Source of the DNA: Lophium mytilinum
Lineage: Eukaryota
Direction of reading: 5' to 3'
DNA length: 20,000 nucleotides
Assembly: GCA_010093605.1 (NCBI GenBank)
Contig: MU004199.1
Coordinates: forward strand, 1,428,613-1,448,612
The position numbers were made by a program, and so were the translations under genes. Numbering within the stretch: the stretch's first letter is position 1; each line of letters opens with the position of its first letter. Below the pieces are notes generated by a model. It was not told the origin of the DNA and searched no databases. It was given only the letters and a program-made list of their open reading frames with translations. Below, in pieces: positions 1-11,527 of the stretch.

Positions 1-442
1 GGCACGCAGTCAGCGAGATGATTTCGGGGACGTGGCGCCACTTGCGCGAGATCTTGGGTTGGGCTGGAGCTGTCGTGGTAGTTGTAGTTGTAGTGGTAGC
101 ATTGGCTGTAGTGGTGCCGTCTCCATTCCCATCCCCATCAGCGCCGTCGCCCTCCTGGGCCTCGTCCATTTCATCGTCGTCATCTTCTTCCTCTTCGTCC
201 TCGTCTTCCTCTCCATCCTCTTCGTCCTCTTCATCCTCATTGTCCCCGCCTTCGTCTTCGTCCAGCAAATCGCCGCCAGCAGGCAAAGGCTGGCCAGCAT
301 CGGCAAGCTCCTTCAGCTCGCGCCTGCCAAACCAGTCTCGCAGCAGGTTCTTGGGGCCGTCCTCGCGCGCGCAGACATGGCCGTAGATCTCGTGGCGCAC
401 CTCGAGTGGGATGCTCAGCAGGGTTAACTCGGAGGTAGCCAT
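1..442 (-). CDS. 5' portion of an F-box-like domain protein with a long acidic (D/E) tract and poly-Thr; runs off the window start
   Basis: ATG at 442 (minus) opens a stop-free frame to the window edge, absent from the ORF track: MATSELTLLSIPLEVRHEIYGHVCAREDGPKNLLRDWFGRRELKEL...DEDEGGDNEDEEDEEDGEEDEDEEEEDDDDEMDE...TTTTTTTTTAPAQPKISRKWRHVPEIISLTAC. LLSIPLEVRHEIY matches the fungal F-box-like LLxLPxEIRxxIY motif. Confidence 0.75.
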   Translation of the reverse strand, partial: MATSELTLLSIPLEVRHEIYGHVCAREDGPKNLLRDWFGRRELKELADAGQPLPAGGDLLDEDEGGDNEDEEDEEDGEEDEDEEEEDDDDEMDEAQEGDGADGDGNGDGTTTANATTTTTTTTTAPAQPKISRKWRHVPEIISLTAC

Positions 443-1481
443 TGTGATAGTGGGGTAGCTTGGAGCTAGGTGTAGGGGCGTGATGCTGGTGTAGGTAGTT
501 CTAGCTGTTGAAGTTGATGGTTGTTGGAGGTTGGCGGGGTCTGAGGCTGGCAGCTGAGGGCAGGCGCAGAAGTTCGGTCAAGTGAGGTGCTGGCTCGGCG
601 TTCACAGTCGCTCTCACGTCGTCCCCCAAGTCAAGGCAGTCTGTTGCCTGGAAACAGCCTTATCGAATCGCGCAGTGCGGGCATGTGATTCGAACATGGC
701 CTGCACCAATTCTGAACGCAAGAATGCTCGAAGGCGACAGGGAATGTTGCCATGACTGTAATTGGACTGTGGTTTGACGGGGCCTTTCGTTTGGTGGTTG
801 ACCAGATGAATGTGGTTGGTGACGATGCTTCCCCAGTTCTAGGCCAATCGCGGGGGGGGCACGTGACTATCGCACTACGATCAACTGTTCTATTTTAATA
901 ACCAGGTCTTACACGTGTATGATAATTGGAAACAAACTCACGTTTATATGGATCCCGACTGGGTCACAACGCAGTGACTCCGAATGACTCGATCTGCAAT
1001 GAATGTCGATTCACTATGGCAACTCCTGAGTGATCAATGTACCGCGAGCTACGACGACAGAAAAAGTCGAGTGGACATTGGCAATTTATTCCCCTATCAT
1101 TGAAAACCATCCACATTTATCCCTTGTTCCAAAACCCCGTTTGACTATCTGTCCAAGATTGGCCAACCTAGCCTGGCGCCTATCCGATATTCAGGAACCA
1201 AATCGATGGAGTGCATCCGCACCGCGAACGCCTTAGCCCTTACTAGATAAACCAAAACTGCCATCATAGACTCATTAGAATGAAACGCCTTTCCCAAGAT
1301 CGAATTCCGTAGCTCCGTGATCCTAGGAGCTCTCATTACTAAATCTGACCTCGCCGCCACTCTCAATCAGTACCCCTTTTCAGCCTTGGAAGCTTACCTA
1401 AACCGGTTCACCGGATCAAAGGCAGGAAACCATTTTCCCAAGCTCTCCCTTAGCTTCTATACCCTCTCTTCTTTTAGACCC

Positions 1482-2009
1482 CTAGCTCATACTTTTCTTC
1501 AACCCCTCCAGCCGTTCCAGTACGTCCTCAACCCGCCACACCAGCACCGCCAACTGCGCACCCACCTCCACTCTTCCCATCCTCTCAAACTCCATCTTCT
1601 TCATCCTCACTCTTTCTAGCTCACGCGTAGGGACCGGGCCAAGCTTCTTGGTAAGATATTCCATGATCCGAGCGCCGGAAGTGGACGTGGAAGTGGTCCG
1701 AAGAGCTTCGATCTTGGCAAGGGCAAACTCCCAGTCGGAAATAGTAGTGGTGAGATTGGAGATACCCACGAGGCGGTCGATGTAGGTGTCTGGATCTGTG
1801 GGGTGGGTAGTGTTGCGGGAGAGGTGAGCTTGGGCACGGTTCTTTATTGACTTATTTGCGGCGGTGATGGTGTAATAGTTTGTAGACTTGTTTTCGTGCG
1901 ATTGCGCAAGGGAGAGCTGTTGAGGTTGAAGTTGAGATGGAGAAGTTGCATCCGCCTTTGGGTTTGACCATGTCGGCCAGAATACAGCGACGGGATAGAG
2001 AGATGGCAT
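1482..2009 (-). CDS. Hypothetical protein (~175 aa), possibly truncated by a premature TAG
   Basis: Longest ORF in this interval (first ATG at 2009, MPSLYPVAVFWPTW...ELERVRMKKMEFERMGRVEVGAQLAVLVWRVEDVLERLEGLKKSMS*), with a helical-looking C-terminal half. No family recognised. Confidence 0.4.
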   Translation of the reverse strand: MPSLYPVAVFWPTWSNPKADATSPSQLQPQQLSLAQSHENKSTNYYTITAANKSIKNRAQAHLSRNTTHPTDPDTYIDRLVGISNLTTTISDWEFALAKIEALRTTSTSTSGARIMEYLTKKLGPVPTRELERVRMKKMEFERMGRVEVGAQLAVLVWRVEDVLERLEGLKKSMS

Positions 2010-3605
2010 TTTGGGTGGCGTCCGGTTCAATTGCCTTTATGTGGTGATGGTCCGATGGTAGCAGTACTAGTGGAGGTGAGAGAGTGGGAGGTGGGGGCGT
2101 CCGCTGGAGAGTTGTATGAAGCGTCGTAATAAGGTGAATCTGGCACGTGTTTGAGGTCATATGGTCTAATGATGGCGTAATCTTGTGAGAGGTACCATGC
2201 TGGTCTTCGAATGCAGAGCCGCCATTATTGTAGTTTATGAGTCGTTACCTGTTGGTTCTTGTGATTTTCGTAGTTCATGGCTCAGAAGTCGTGGAATGAA
2301 AGCTGAAAGTGATGTAATTGGACCAGCGCTCGAGATGTTGCATCCGACTCAAGACTAGTCAAAATTTTACGTACAGTATTCACTTAGTTCTAATTTCGTC
2401 TCTTTCGCAAGGCACCTACTGCTGAGGCTTAGGTTAGGACCTTTCGTCTATAGGCACTACGGCGAGGGCTTCGGCTTTCTCTTTGCGGCGTTTCATGAGC
2501 CAAGGGTCCATTTTATTTGACATGTGAACGATGATAGCCATCTTTTGTTCTGCCACAAATCTACTATGTGTGTCCTCCTCGACCATCTTGCCAAGCTACG
2601 GCTAGTAGTCTCTGCCATCCGGAGGTGGAGTGACTTCTGGTCTCTACCTCAGACAAATTGAGGTACAAGACGAGCCAATCGAGATTGTTGAGCGAAATTT
2701 TAGTATGATGCGCCCTGATCTGTCTCATTCGGTGTATGATCCTCTTCAGATAGGACTCAGATCTAAAACTGTGCTCTCCAGTCGTACCAAGATAAGCTCG
2801 CAGCTCGGGGATCAAAGTATCTGCTAAGGAAGAGAGATCGAGAGGCTCGTCTACGTTGGTCTTGATCGTGATTTGCGGGTAGATCCAATGGGGTGAAAAG
2901 TGATACTGGTGAATTTATGGTACTTTGACTGCTAGAGTGGCTTGCTTCGACACGCTGCAAGCAGCTTAAACGGCCCACAAGCGCATGGGTTTGAAGGGTT
3001 TTTTTGACATCTCGTTTGATGGGAGATTCGCAAATAACGGCGCGACTATTTTTCTTTCGATAGAGATGCGGGAGACCGTAAAGTTCTTCTTACCGGAATG
3101 ACCAGCTACGTTAGTGAAGGAATCGATCCCAAAGAAAGCGCCAGGCAAACGTCACAGATACCATCATTCGGCAACACAGGTTGAGTATCGGGAAAAGGAA
3201 AGTATACTATCAGATAATGTGTATCTGACCCAGGCTTGACCGTCGCTAACAAAAGCCACGACTTCTGAGGTTCTGGTCGGAGGGCGGTAGAAGGCTGCAG
3301 GTGGGCTGATGCAGAGGTCTTCATCCAATTATCTCTCCAAACTACAGGCAAGCTTTAAGATTGGACAGAGATGGTGGTCAGGTTTTAAAGATGGGACTGT
3401 TGATGGCGGGGATGTATGAGGTGTCGTCTCGGGCAGATCTGGGGTGTGCCTGGATAAGATGACGCTATCGCCGGCTACCTATCACCAAGCCAACTCAACC
3501 CCAAGCTTCACCTGCAGCTCCACCCACCACGACAGCTCCATCCATCACCCCAACTATACAACCCATTCTCACTCCTCTCGTATCCTTCCTTAAGCTTCCT
3601 ACACG

Positions 3606-4816
3606 ATGAAGTCTCCTTTGATCCTATCGCTATATGCTACAGCAATCACAACCGCTCTTGCTGCGCCACGAATAGAACAAGCAGTGCTTCAACAGCCAGA
3701 GCAAGAGCAGTTCCTCATCGAGCTAGCTCCAGGACAGAGACACTATGTTACTGAACATGAGAAATGGGAGCTTCGCAAGGTCAGCAGCGCAAAAACTGGA
3801 CAAGGCAGCTGGAAACTTTCACTGACACTCCGTAGCAAGGCATCAACTTCTTCGACATAACCGACAATGAAGACCTGGGCCTCATAAACCATAAGGTCGG
3901 CATCCAGGCCGTCACCTTTCCCTCCAAGACGTCGCACAACAAGACCATCGCGCCTATGCTCAAGAAGCTGGAAAAGAAGAACATGCGAAAGCACCTCGAG
4001 AAGTTCACATCATTCCACACTCGATACTTCAAGTCGGACTACGGGAAGCAGTCATCTGCGTGGCTACTGGGACAAGTCAACGATACTCTGTCAGAGGCGG
4101 GAGCGTTGGAGAAAGGAGCGTTCGTCAAGCCATTCGAGCATCCTTGGGGCCAGAGTAGCATCATTGCCACCATACCCGGCAAGAGTGACAAGACAGTTGT
4201 CATCGGCGCACATCAGGACAGCATCAACCTATGGCTGCCCGCTTTCCTGGCTGCCCCTGGCGCTGATGACGATGGTAGCGGAACGGTCACTATTCTGGAG
4301 GCTCTGCGTGTTCTGCTTACGTCGAAGGACATCATCGCGGGCAAGGGCGAGAACACGCTCGAGTTCCACTGGTACTCTGCTGAAGAAGGCGGTCTTCTGG
4401 GCTCGCAAGCGATATTCCAGTCATACGAGAAGGAAGGACGGAAGGTCAAAGCCATGCTCCAACAGGACATGACTGGCTACGTTCACAAGACGATCGAAGC
4501 AGGGGAGCCTGAAAGCGTCGGAGTCATCACAGATTTTGTGGATCCGGGTCTGACCGAGTTCATTAAGGAGGTCATCACCGACTACTGCGAGATCCCATAC
4601 ATCCTCACGAAGTGTGGATACGCTTGCTCCGACCACGCCAGCGCTTCCAAGGCCGGTTATCCGTCTGCCTTTGTCATCGAGAGCGACTTCAAGTATTCCG
4701 ATGACAAGATCCACACGACGGAGGACAAGATCGAGTACCTCAGCTTCGATCACATGCTGCAGCACGCCAGGCTGACGCTGGCTTTGGCGTACGAGTTGGT
4801 GTTTGCGAAGCTGTAG
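3606..4816 (+). CDS. LAP1: Secreted leucine aminopeptidase 1 (peptidase M28, Aeromonas-type); exons 3606-3779 and 3836-4816, ~384 aa
   Basis: Signal peptide [19 protein letters not shown]. Propeptide FLIELAPG...[20 protein letters not shown] is joined by a 56-nt intron (GTCAGC...CTGAC...TAG, 3780-3835). M28 zinc-site motifs: [48 protein letters not shown]. Confidence 0.95.
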
Positions 4817-5367
4817 ATATTGACAGGCAAGAGCATATATCAAAGACGCATAGCTTGGAACATGGTGGAGCGGGAGTCTTGGGGTATTCCTATCTTCGTA
4901 GTAAATGCAATACTATCTTCATTTTGATATTCTCACAGATCTTGCGTGACTGGAATCTAAGATGTTCGATGCAGCTGACGTTATACAAACTTGACGGGTC
5001 TGACACCGCAAGCAGTACGTGTTTCAGAGCTCAGAGAACAATACGAGCCCATTCATACCACGTTTGCAGCATGACAGTAACCTACGCGTACATGACTGTC
5101 CAGTGACAACAGATTGGTTCTCCACATGTCTCGCTTATGCACGGAATGACTCCATGACTTTGGTCCGGGCCGCCCTATCGCAGCTATCTGAGCCGCACCC
5201 CCGAACCTCCTCCGCCTCAGCTCTCCGTGCTCCTTCACTTCCGCATCTCTCGCCAGGGGCCTGCTATTGAAGGGCACTTCTTCATCTTCTTGCATTTGCA
5301 TTTGCTTTCTCTTCTCTATTCTGTCGTTCAACTTCATCTCCAGTTAGAAAGACCTACGTCATCCATC

Positions 5368-6499
5368 ATGGCGATCCATCCTACAGCTCCCGCGCCCCAG
5401 AGCCAGGCTCCAGCTGCAGCTGCAGCTCCCATCGACATTGAAGCCTGGACCGAGCAGGCGACGGCTGCGCTAAGCTCTGTCACCATCTCTGTGGCTCCCT
5501 CCGTTCCAAGCACGGGTGTCACTCTCCAGATCCCCCTGGATGACCACCCTGTATCCCGCGATGCTTCCGCTGCGCAAGCTGTTCGCGCTGGCTACGTCAA
5601 GCGGCGCGAGCCAATACGTCGGGATAGCATGAAAAGCCGCGAAGCGCTGCTGAAGGGCAAGGAGGGCAGCCGGCGGCGTCAGCGATGGGAGAATGGTGCG
5701 TATTAGTCTCGGTCTTGCCTGCGCATCAAAAGCGAGGCATTGCGGTCCTTCGAAGATCCATCATTGACGCGTTTAGATCGTCTCCTCTCCAACCCGCACG
5801 CGCAACCCCCTCAGCCGCATGACTGGGAGATCCGCCCCACGTACCCCGTCCGTAACGTTCCCTACTACCTCGCGCCACTCTGGGACACAACCTTCGCGGC
5901 CGCCTCCTCCACGCGCAAAGCTAAAGCTTCCGCTGCGAAGCAGACCCCAAAAGGCGCTGATAACGCGGGCAAAGTTCCCAAGGAGCTGCGCGAGAAGCTG
6001 AAGCGCGCGCGTGGCGCAAAGAGCTTGCTGGAGAACCTGGAGACCGAGGTTCGTCGGTTTGTCGCAGGGTGGGAAGATAGCGAGAAGATGCGTCTGGAGC
6101 GTGAGGCGGAGGAGGGGATTCCGCTCGAGCCGGACTCCGAAGACGAGGAGATCGTGTTCGTGGGCCGCAATGGGATGATGAATGACATGCGCAGCCCAAG
6201 GACTAGCGGGGAATTCGAACGGCGCGAAATGCTGCTGTTCGAAAGTCCTGCTGATGACCACGGGGCCAGCTTTGGGTGAGTTGTGTTCGGGGCGTAGATG
6301 ATGAGCTGTCGCTAATAAGAATAGACGCTTCCTCGTCCATCATATCGGCTCCTACTACGGCCTCCGCACCTGGTCTGTCACCACTGGCAATCCTGCTCGC
6401 CGCGAAGCATACATTGGCCTCAAAGACGCGAAGCTTAAATCTGGCCGGAAGCTCTTGACCCACTCTACCTTACCACGGCCATTGTACGGCCTGGTTTGA
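5368..6499 (+). CDS. R3H-associated N-terminal domain / R3H domain protein; exons 5368-5695, 5777-6275, 6325-6499
   Basis: Two introns (GTGCGT...TTGAC...TAG 5696-5776; GTGAGT...CTAAT...TAG 6276-6324) join RRDSMKSREALLKGKEGSRRRQRWEN-DRLLSNPHAQPP...DWEIRPTYP to the R3H-like C-terminus FG-RFLVHHIGSYYGLRTWSVTTGNPARREAYIG...LPRPLYGLV*. Confidence 0.88.
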
Positions 6500-7253
6500 G
6501 CACTTTCGGGCAGGAGTGCGATGCTGGAGCCCGTGTTATACTAAGCAACATTATAATCGAATTCTGTGAGTTCTGCGTTTGATGCCGCAGGCGGGGCGGT
6601 CTATGTTTCTTTCTCCTTCGAGCCGTGTCAATATACGCTTTTCAAACACTTTTGGCGGCATGAGAAATGCATCTGAGAGTCTGTTAGATGGCATAATTAG
6701 CAATACACAATAGCCATTATCCAAGATATTGACCGTGTAGTATATATATGCTTGTGCACGGGAAACTCCTCCGTTTGGCCTCTACTCTTGCTCGCTCGAT
6801 GGTATCAGTGTGGAGACTAACGCAGCCGACACATATTGAGTAAATTTGGAAGCAAACTAACTCCCACTGCATTGGTGAGGTTGTTTCAGCGTTTTCCGTA
6901 CATGGAAATGCTGTAGTGGGAGCTCTTGCACATAGAAGCTTTTTTGGTTCAATTCTGACACAGCAATACCCTAATCCCGTCTTCCTAATCCGGCCTCTCA
7001 GTTTCTCACGTGTATTCTGAAAGGCGTGTCGTTGTTCTGGATGTTGAGGCGGGTATAAGCGGTTTAGCGGGGGATTGAAAAAGAACGTCAATAGAAATCA
7101 TCTCGCGTCACCACCACTTTTCCTTTCTTTCACGCCACCACGACTCTCCCGTCCCACACCAAGTCATTGCTCCCAGATCCCATACACCTCGAAAATCTCA
7201 ATTCAAACGCCAGACCCTCTCAAAAGCAATCCTCACTACTCAACCCCGCATCC

Positions 7254-8910
7254 ATGGCCTCCAAAACCCGCCCCGCCATCCCACCCGTCGTAATGGACAC
7301 AATCACGCAGAACATCGGCAACACGCCCCTCGTCCGCCTGAACAAAATTCCCCAATCTCTCGGCATCCCCTGCACCGTCTATGCCAAGCTCGAAATGTTC
7401 AACGCTGGCGGCAGCGTGAAAGACCGCATCGCCTTGCGCATGATCGAGGAAGCCGAGAAGAGCGGGCGCATAAAACCGGGCGATACCCTCATCGAGCCCA
7501 CGTCTGGCAACACCGGCATCGGGCTCGCGCTCGTGGCGGCTGTGAAGGGATATAAGACGATTATTACGCTGCCGGAGAAGATGAGCCCAGAGAAAGTGGC
7601 GGTGCTGAGGGCGTTGGGAGCCGAAATTATCAGGACACCGACGCAGGCCGCGTGGGATAGTCCCGAGAGCCATATTGGGGTTGCGAGGCGATTAGAGAAG
7701 GAGATTCCGAATGCGCATATTTTGGATCAGTACGCCAACCCTGACAACCCGCTCGCGCATGAGTATGGCACTGCGGAGGAGATTTGGATGCAGACCGAGG
7801 GGAAGATTACGGTGTTGGTGGCAGGTGCTGGGACTGGCGGAACGATTACCGGAATATCAAAAGGGTTGAGGAAGCATAAGAAGGATGTCAAGATCGTCGC
7901 GGCAGATCCGTTTGGGAGTGTGCTGGCGGTCCCCGAAGCGTTGAATCAGGAGCATGCGAACGAGGGGTATAAGGTTGAGGGGATAGGGTATGATTTCATT
8001 CCAGATGTGCTGGATCGGGAGGCGGTGGATGTGTGGTACAAGACAGACGATCGGGCGGCGTTTGGGTATGCGAGGAGGCTAATTGCGGAGGAGGGGATTT
8101 TGTGTGGTGGAAGCAGTGGAAGTGCAATGGATGCTATGGTGAAGGCTGTGAAAGACCTCAAATTGGGAGCGGATGATGTTGTCGTCGTCGTGCTGCCAGA
8201 TAGCATACGGAGTTATCTCAGCAAGGTATGTTTCTCTCTCCGCTCAATTCATCGCTCCAAAATCCCCCCAGATGTACTTGTTGATCGATGATGCTGATTT
8301 TCCACAGTTCGTTGACGACGACTGGCTCGCTGCAAATGACCTCCTCCCTCCTTCGCCCCCGATCACTCCAGCAACTCTCTCTCGCCGCGCATCCACTTCC
8401 AAGAAGGACGACCCTTTTCAGGGCGCAACTATCGCATCCCTCCGCCTCAAGCCCGTCACTACCATCTCCGCCGCCTCTCCCTGCGCTGATGCCATCGAAA
8501 CAATGCGCGAGAAAGGCTTCGACCAGCTCCCTGTCTCCTCCGCAGCCGGCTCGCGCCTCGTGGGTCTTGTCACCCTTGGCAATCTCCTCTCCTACATCAG
8601 CTCCGGTCGCGCAGGCCCCAATAGCCCGGTCAAAGATGTGATGTTCGATTTCAGCAAACTAAGCGAGGTCGTGACTGACGTGCGGGACCTGCATATCAGT
8701 GACGACAAGGAGGAGAAAGACGGGAAGAAGCCCCGGGAATTCCTGGAAATCACGCGAGATACTCCGTTGAGCGCGCTTAGTCGGTTTTTCGAGTGGAATT
8801 CGGCGGCCGTGGTGACGGAGAAGGGAGAAAGTGGTATGAAGGCTGTTGCAGTGGTGACGAAGGTCGATTTGCTTGGGTGGCTGGTCAAGCACCGGAAGGA
8901 GGCGGCATAG
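7254..8910 (+). CDS. CYS4: Cystathionine beta-synthase (fungal type, no N-terminal heme domain); exons 7254-8225 and 8308-8910, ~524 aa
   Basis: [13 protein letters not shown]-lysine motif [28 protein letters not shown] phosphate loop, [12 protein letters not shown]. An intron (GTATGT...CTGAT...CAG, 8226-8307) joins SYLSK-FVDDDWL. C-terminal CBS (Bateman) pair: [11 protein letters not shown]...[10 protein letters not shown] and [10 protein letters not shown]. Confidence 0.96.
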
Positions 8911-9373
8911 ATGAGTAAGTTGGTAGTATGCCGGATACTGTCTTATTCAACATGACATTATCAGGAGTCATTTCAATCGACGAGAGCGCGGGATGTAGAA
9001 CGAAACGAGGGTTCCGGAAAGCATTGCAAAGGCGTTTTGGAGGTGCATGTGGTAAGCTGGGGTTCTTCCACGACGGGGCGATCAGGTAGGGTAGCAGAAA
9101 TGAAGCTATTCTTATATCGAATACGCAAAGACTTCATCTCACAATTCTAACACATACTTCTATTTCGGCAAACGGGGTTGTACTCGCTTTCACTTCTTCT
9201 TTCTCCTATTTTCAAAATCATCAATGAACATGAACAGTCACTGAATATATACCTTTTCTCCCGTTTTCGTTGCAACCTATCCTCAATCCGATTTGGACGC
9301 AGCTTCTTATTTTCTCCCTATCACCCTGGTTTAGTCATACTTCTCATCTTCGCTAGAACTCCTACGTTCACGT

Positions 9374-10225
9374 TCAGGCCAGCTCTCCGCCATCAATTGA
9401 GTAAGCCACCCCAGTAATGAACCGACTTTCGTCCCCCAGCAGAAACGCGGCCAGACTCGCAACTTCCTCCGCTTTCCCTATCCTCTTCAGTGGGTTCGAT
9501 GGTATGTAGTCCGGGTATATCTCCATCGTCAGATCAGCCATTGGCGTTTGGACCATCGCCCTAACACACTGTTAGCTCTCGCACCACTCAACGAGACTCC
9601 AATTCGAGCATCAAAACGATTGGTAAGGTGACACATACGGACAAAAACAATTAACCCTCACCCCCCTCCCCGCAACTGTCGGATCCTTGGCTGCGCTCTT
9701 CGTCAACCCTACAACCCCATGCTTACTCGCGGTGTACGCCGCGCCCCCAGCCGCCCCGTGCAAGCCTGCGATACTCGACGCATTTACTATGCTCCCGCCG
9801 TCCCTTATTACCTTGAGCTGCTCCCGCATGCAGTACATCACTCCTGTCAGATTCACCGCGAGCAGGAAATCCCACTCTTCATCATCTACGTCCGTGATCG
9901 CTGTGAAGCCCCCAGCGCGTGTCTTGTTCAGCACGCCCGCGATGTTTGCTGCGCCGTCCAGAGGGCCCAGCTTCTCAACGGTCCCAGAAATCCAGGCGCG
10001 TACTGAGGCAGCGGAACGCACGTCCACCGCTGTGATGCTCAGCCGTACTGTTGGGGCGGCCGCCCGGATGGATGATGAAGCTTCGGCTAGCGCGGCAGAG
10101 TTGATGTCTGCGAGAGAGAGAGTGGCGCCGCGGACGGCGAGGTAGGTTGCAAGCGAGAGGCCGATACCTGAGGCGGCGCCGGTGATCGCGATAATTTTGC
10201 CAGCGAAGGGGTGCGGAGAGGCCAT
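9374..10225 (-). CDS. Classical short-chain dehydrogenase/reductase (probably NAD(H)-preferring); exons 10225-9639 and 9560-9374, ~257 aa; alternative start at 10267
   Basis: TGAASGIG Rossmann motif, acidic residue in LADIN, NIAG, NASS, catalytic YTASK. An intron (GTATGT...GCTAAC...TAG, 9638-9561) joins RVNCFCP-AMVQTPM...PLKRIGKAEEVA...FITGVAYSIDGG. Confidence 0.93.
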
Positions 10226-11356
10226 AGTGCGGGGAATCTGGGGTATGGGGTAAGGGAAGGGTGGCATTCTTTATGGTTGGCGAAAAGTTGCGGAATCTGG
10301 GGATGTCCGGAATCGGAATTCGACAAGGTGTGTGGTAGGATTCCGGGTTCTGCTTTCTTATTGGTACGTTGGGTTGGAGGTAAGGGGACGAAAGTCGGCG
10401 GGCGAGACTGATACTGAGACATGGAGGGAGAGAGAACGGATTCTCGCGTACTTGGAGCTGCGATGTGAGAGGTCTGTTTCGGGTACGAGTCTTCAGAACT
10501 TCGTTTTGTTCTGATTCAAGGCGTAAGAGGAGCCTTCCCATTATTGTAATCTCCTTGATCTTGTTCTCACTCCTCCTGTCATACGAAACCAGCTGTGGAA
10601 GTCGTGTAATGAAAGATCCCGACCACTACGCCTACCCGGACTTACTGCTGCTCGTTGGCTAAAGTTAAGGATGCCGATTTTAACGAGGGTGGATCCACGA
10701 CTGGTCGATGCTGGATGTTCCCAGAGTCATCACCATTTTCTCACTGGGCCACCGAACCAACGGCAGACTACTCGGCTGGTATAGAACGTACGCCTAGGCG
10801 AGAGGGATATCCGCTCCGGCCGGGCTCTAGCAAACGCGTGGTTGGCGGCCAGGGAAGAGCTTTTCGACGCTACGGAGGCCGATGGTAAGTCTGAAGCTTA
10901 ACCATCGCTCCTCATACAAAGATCGACCACTTCTCCAGGGTGCTGAGAGGAGCAATCCGCTTAAACTTCTCTTCTGGGACTTATCTACATCTAATTTCAC
11001 TTACTCTATTCCGATATGTACTTTGGGGTTAGGGTTGGACGTTTCATATTTGATGATCGTTAGTCTATTCAACATCGTTCCTCCTACTGTAAAGCCTGCA
11101 ACACCGCTAGAGCCCGAGTTGTATCTTCTCCTCGCGCGCAAAGCACCAGAACTTGTAGCAAGCAATCTTTTATTGTCTTCCCTGATCCATGTCTTTGAGC
11201 GTCCGAGGACTGTAATAGTCTGCAGATATACAAGCACTAATGAGTCCGTATCCTTCGTCAAATCATTTGGCTACCAGCCTCTCTTCAGTAATTCCATGCC
11301 CTTCCGCTAATGATAGTTCCGCTGCTCTAATCATCTTTCTTAACCTTCTAATCCAT

Positions 11357-11527
11357 CTAGTGCTTCCATGCCGCGCTGCCCCAGTAGACTGCAGTAGAGA
11401 CTGCCCACACCGTCCCCAAGACAATCGGAAGACCGAAGCTAGCTATTGCCGCACTCTGAAAGATGGCGAAGAGAGAGCCCGCAACCACGTTCCCGATGCC
11501 GGCCTGGATGCCAACGGCAACACTTCC
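11357..11527 (-). pseudogene. Exon of an ISG12/IFI6-IFI27-like (interferon-induced 6-16 family-like) small membrane protein, probably inactivated by RIP
   Basis: Minus frame, not in the ORF track: GSVAVGIQAGIGNVVAGSLFAIFQSAAIASFGLPIVLGTVWAVSTAVYWGSAAWKH*MD*KVKKDD*. It is preceded by a TTGAC branch site and TAG acceptor (11529-11527). GSxAxxIQxGIGNVxAGSLFAxxQSA is the ISG12-like motif. Three in-frame TAGs follow. No upstream exon identified. Confidence 0.6.

Noticed and set aside
10..427. ORFs 10..306(-), 18..386(+), 32..427(+)
   Set aside because: Low-complexity shadow frames of the acidic/Thr-repeat gene in the minus frame starting at 442.
860..990. CACGTGAC E-box and tandem TGACTC (Gcn4/CpcA-like) motifs at 975 and 985
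   Set aside because: Short motifs ~420-550 bp from the nearest start; no independent support.
2564..3351. Several short ORFs (60-83 aa) on both strands
   Set aside because: No recognisable motifs, mostly non-ATG starts, no coherent splice model; treated as intergenic.
3453..3483. GATAAG/TATC cluster (possible AreA sites) upstream of LAP1
   Set aside because: Biologically plausible for a secreted peptidase but too short and common to call from sequence alone.
3606..10225. LAP1, CYS4 and SDR as a biosynthetic or metabolic gene cluster
   Set aside because: No backbone enzyme, transporter or cluster regulator; the genes look like unrelated conserved neighbours.
3743..10541. Many antisense and alternative-frame ORFs overlapping LAP1, the R3H gene, CYS4 and the SDR
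   Set aside because: Expected shadow ORFs of GC-rich, codon-biased genes.
10655..11310. Plus-strand ORFs 10655..10888 and 10882..11310 with a GTAAGT...CAG intron-like segment (10885-10938)
   Set aside because: No convincing start or recognisable protein; cannot be supported without homology or RNA data.
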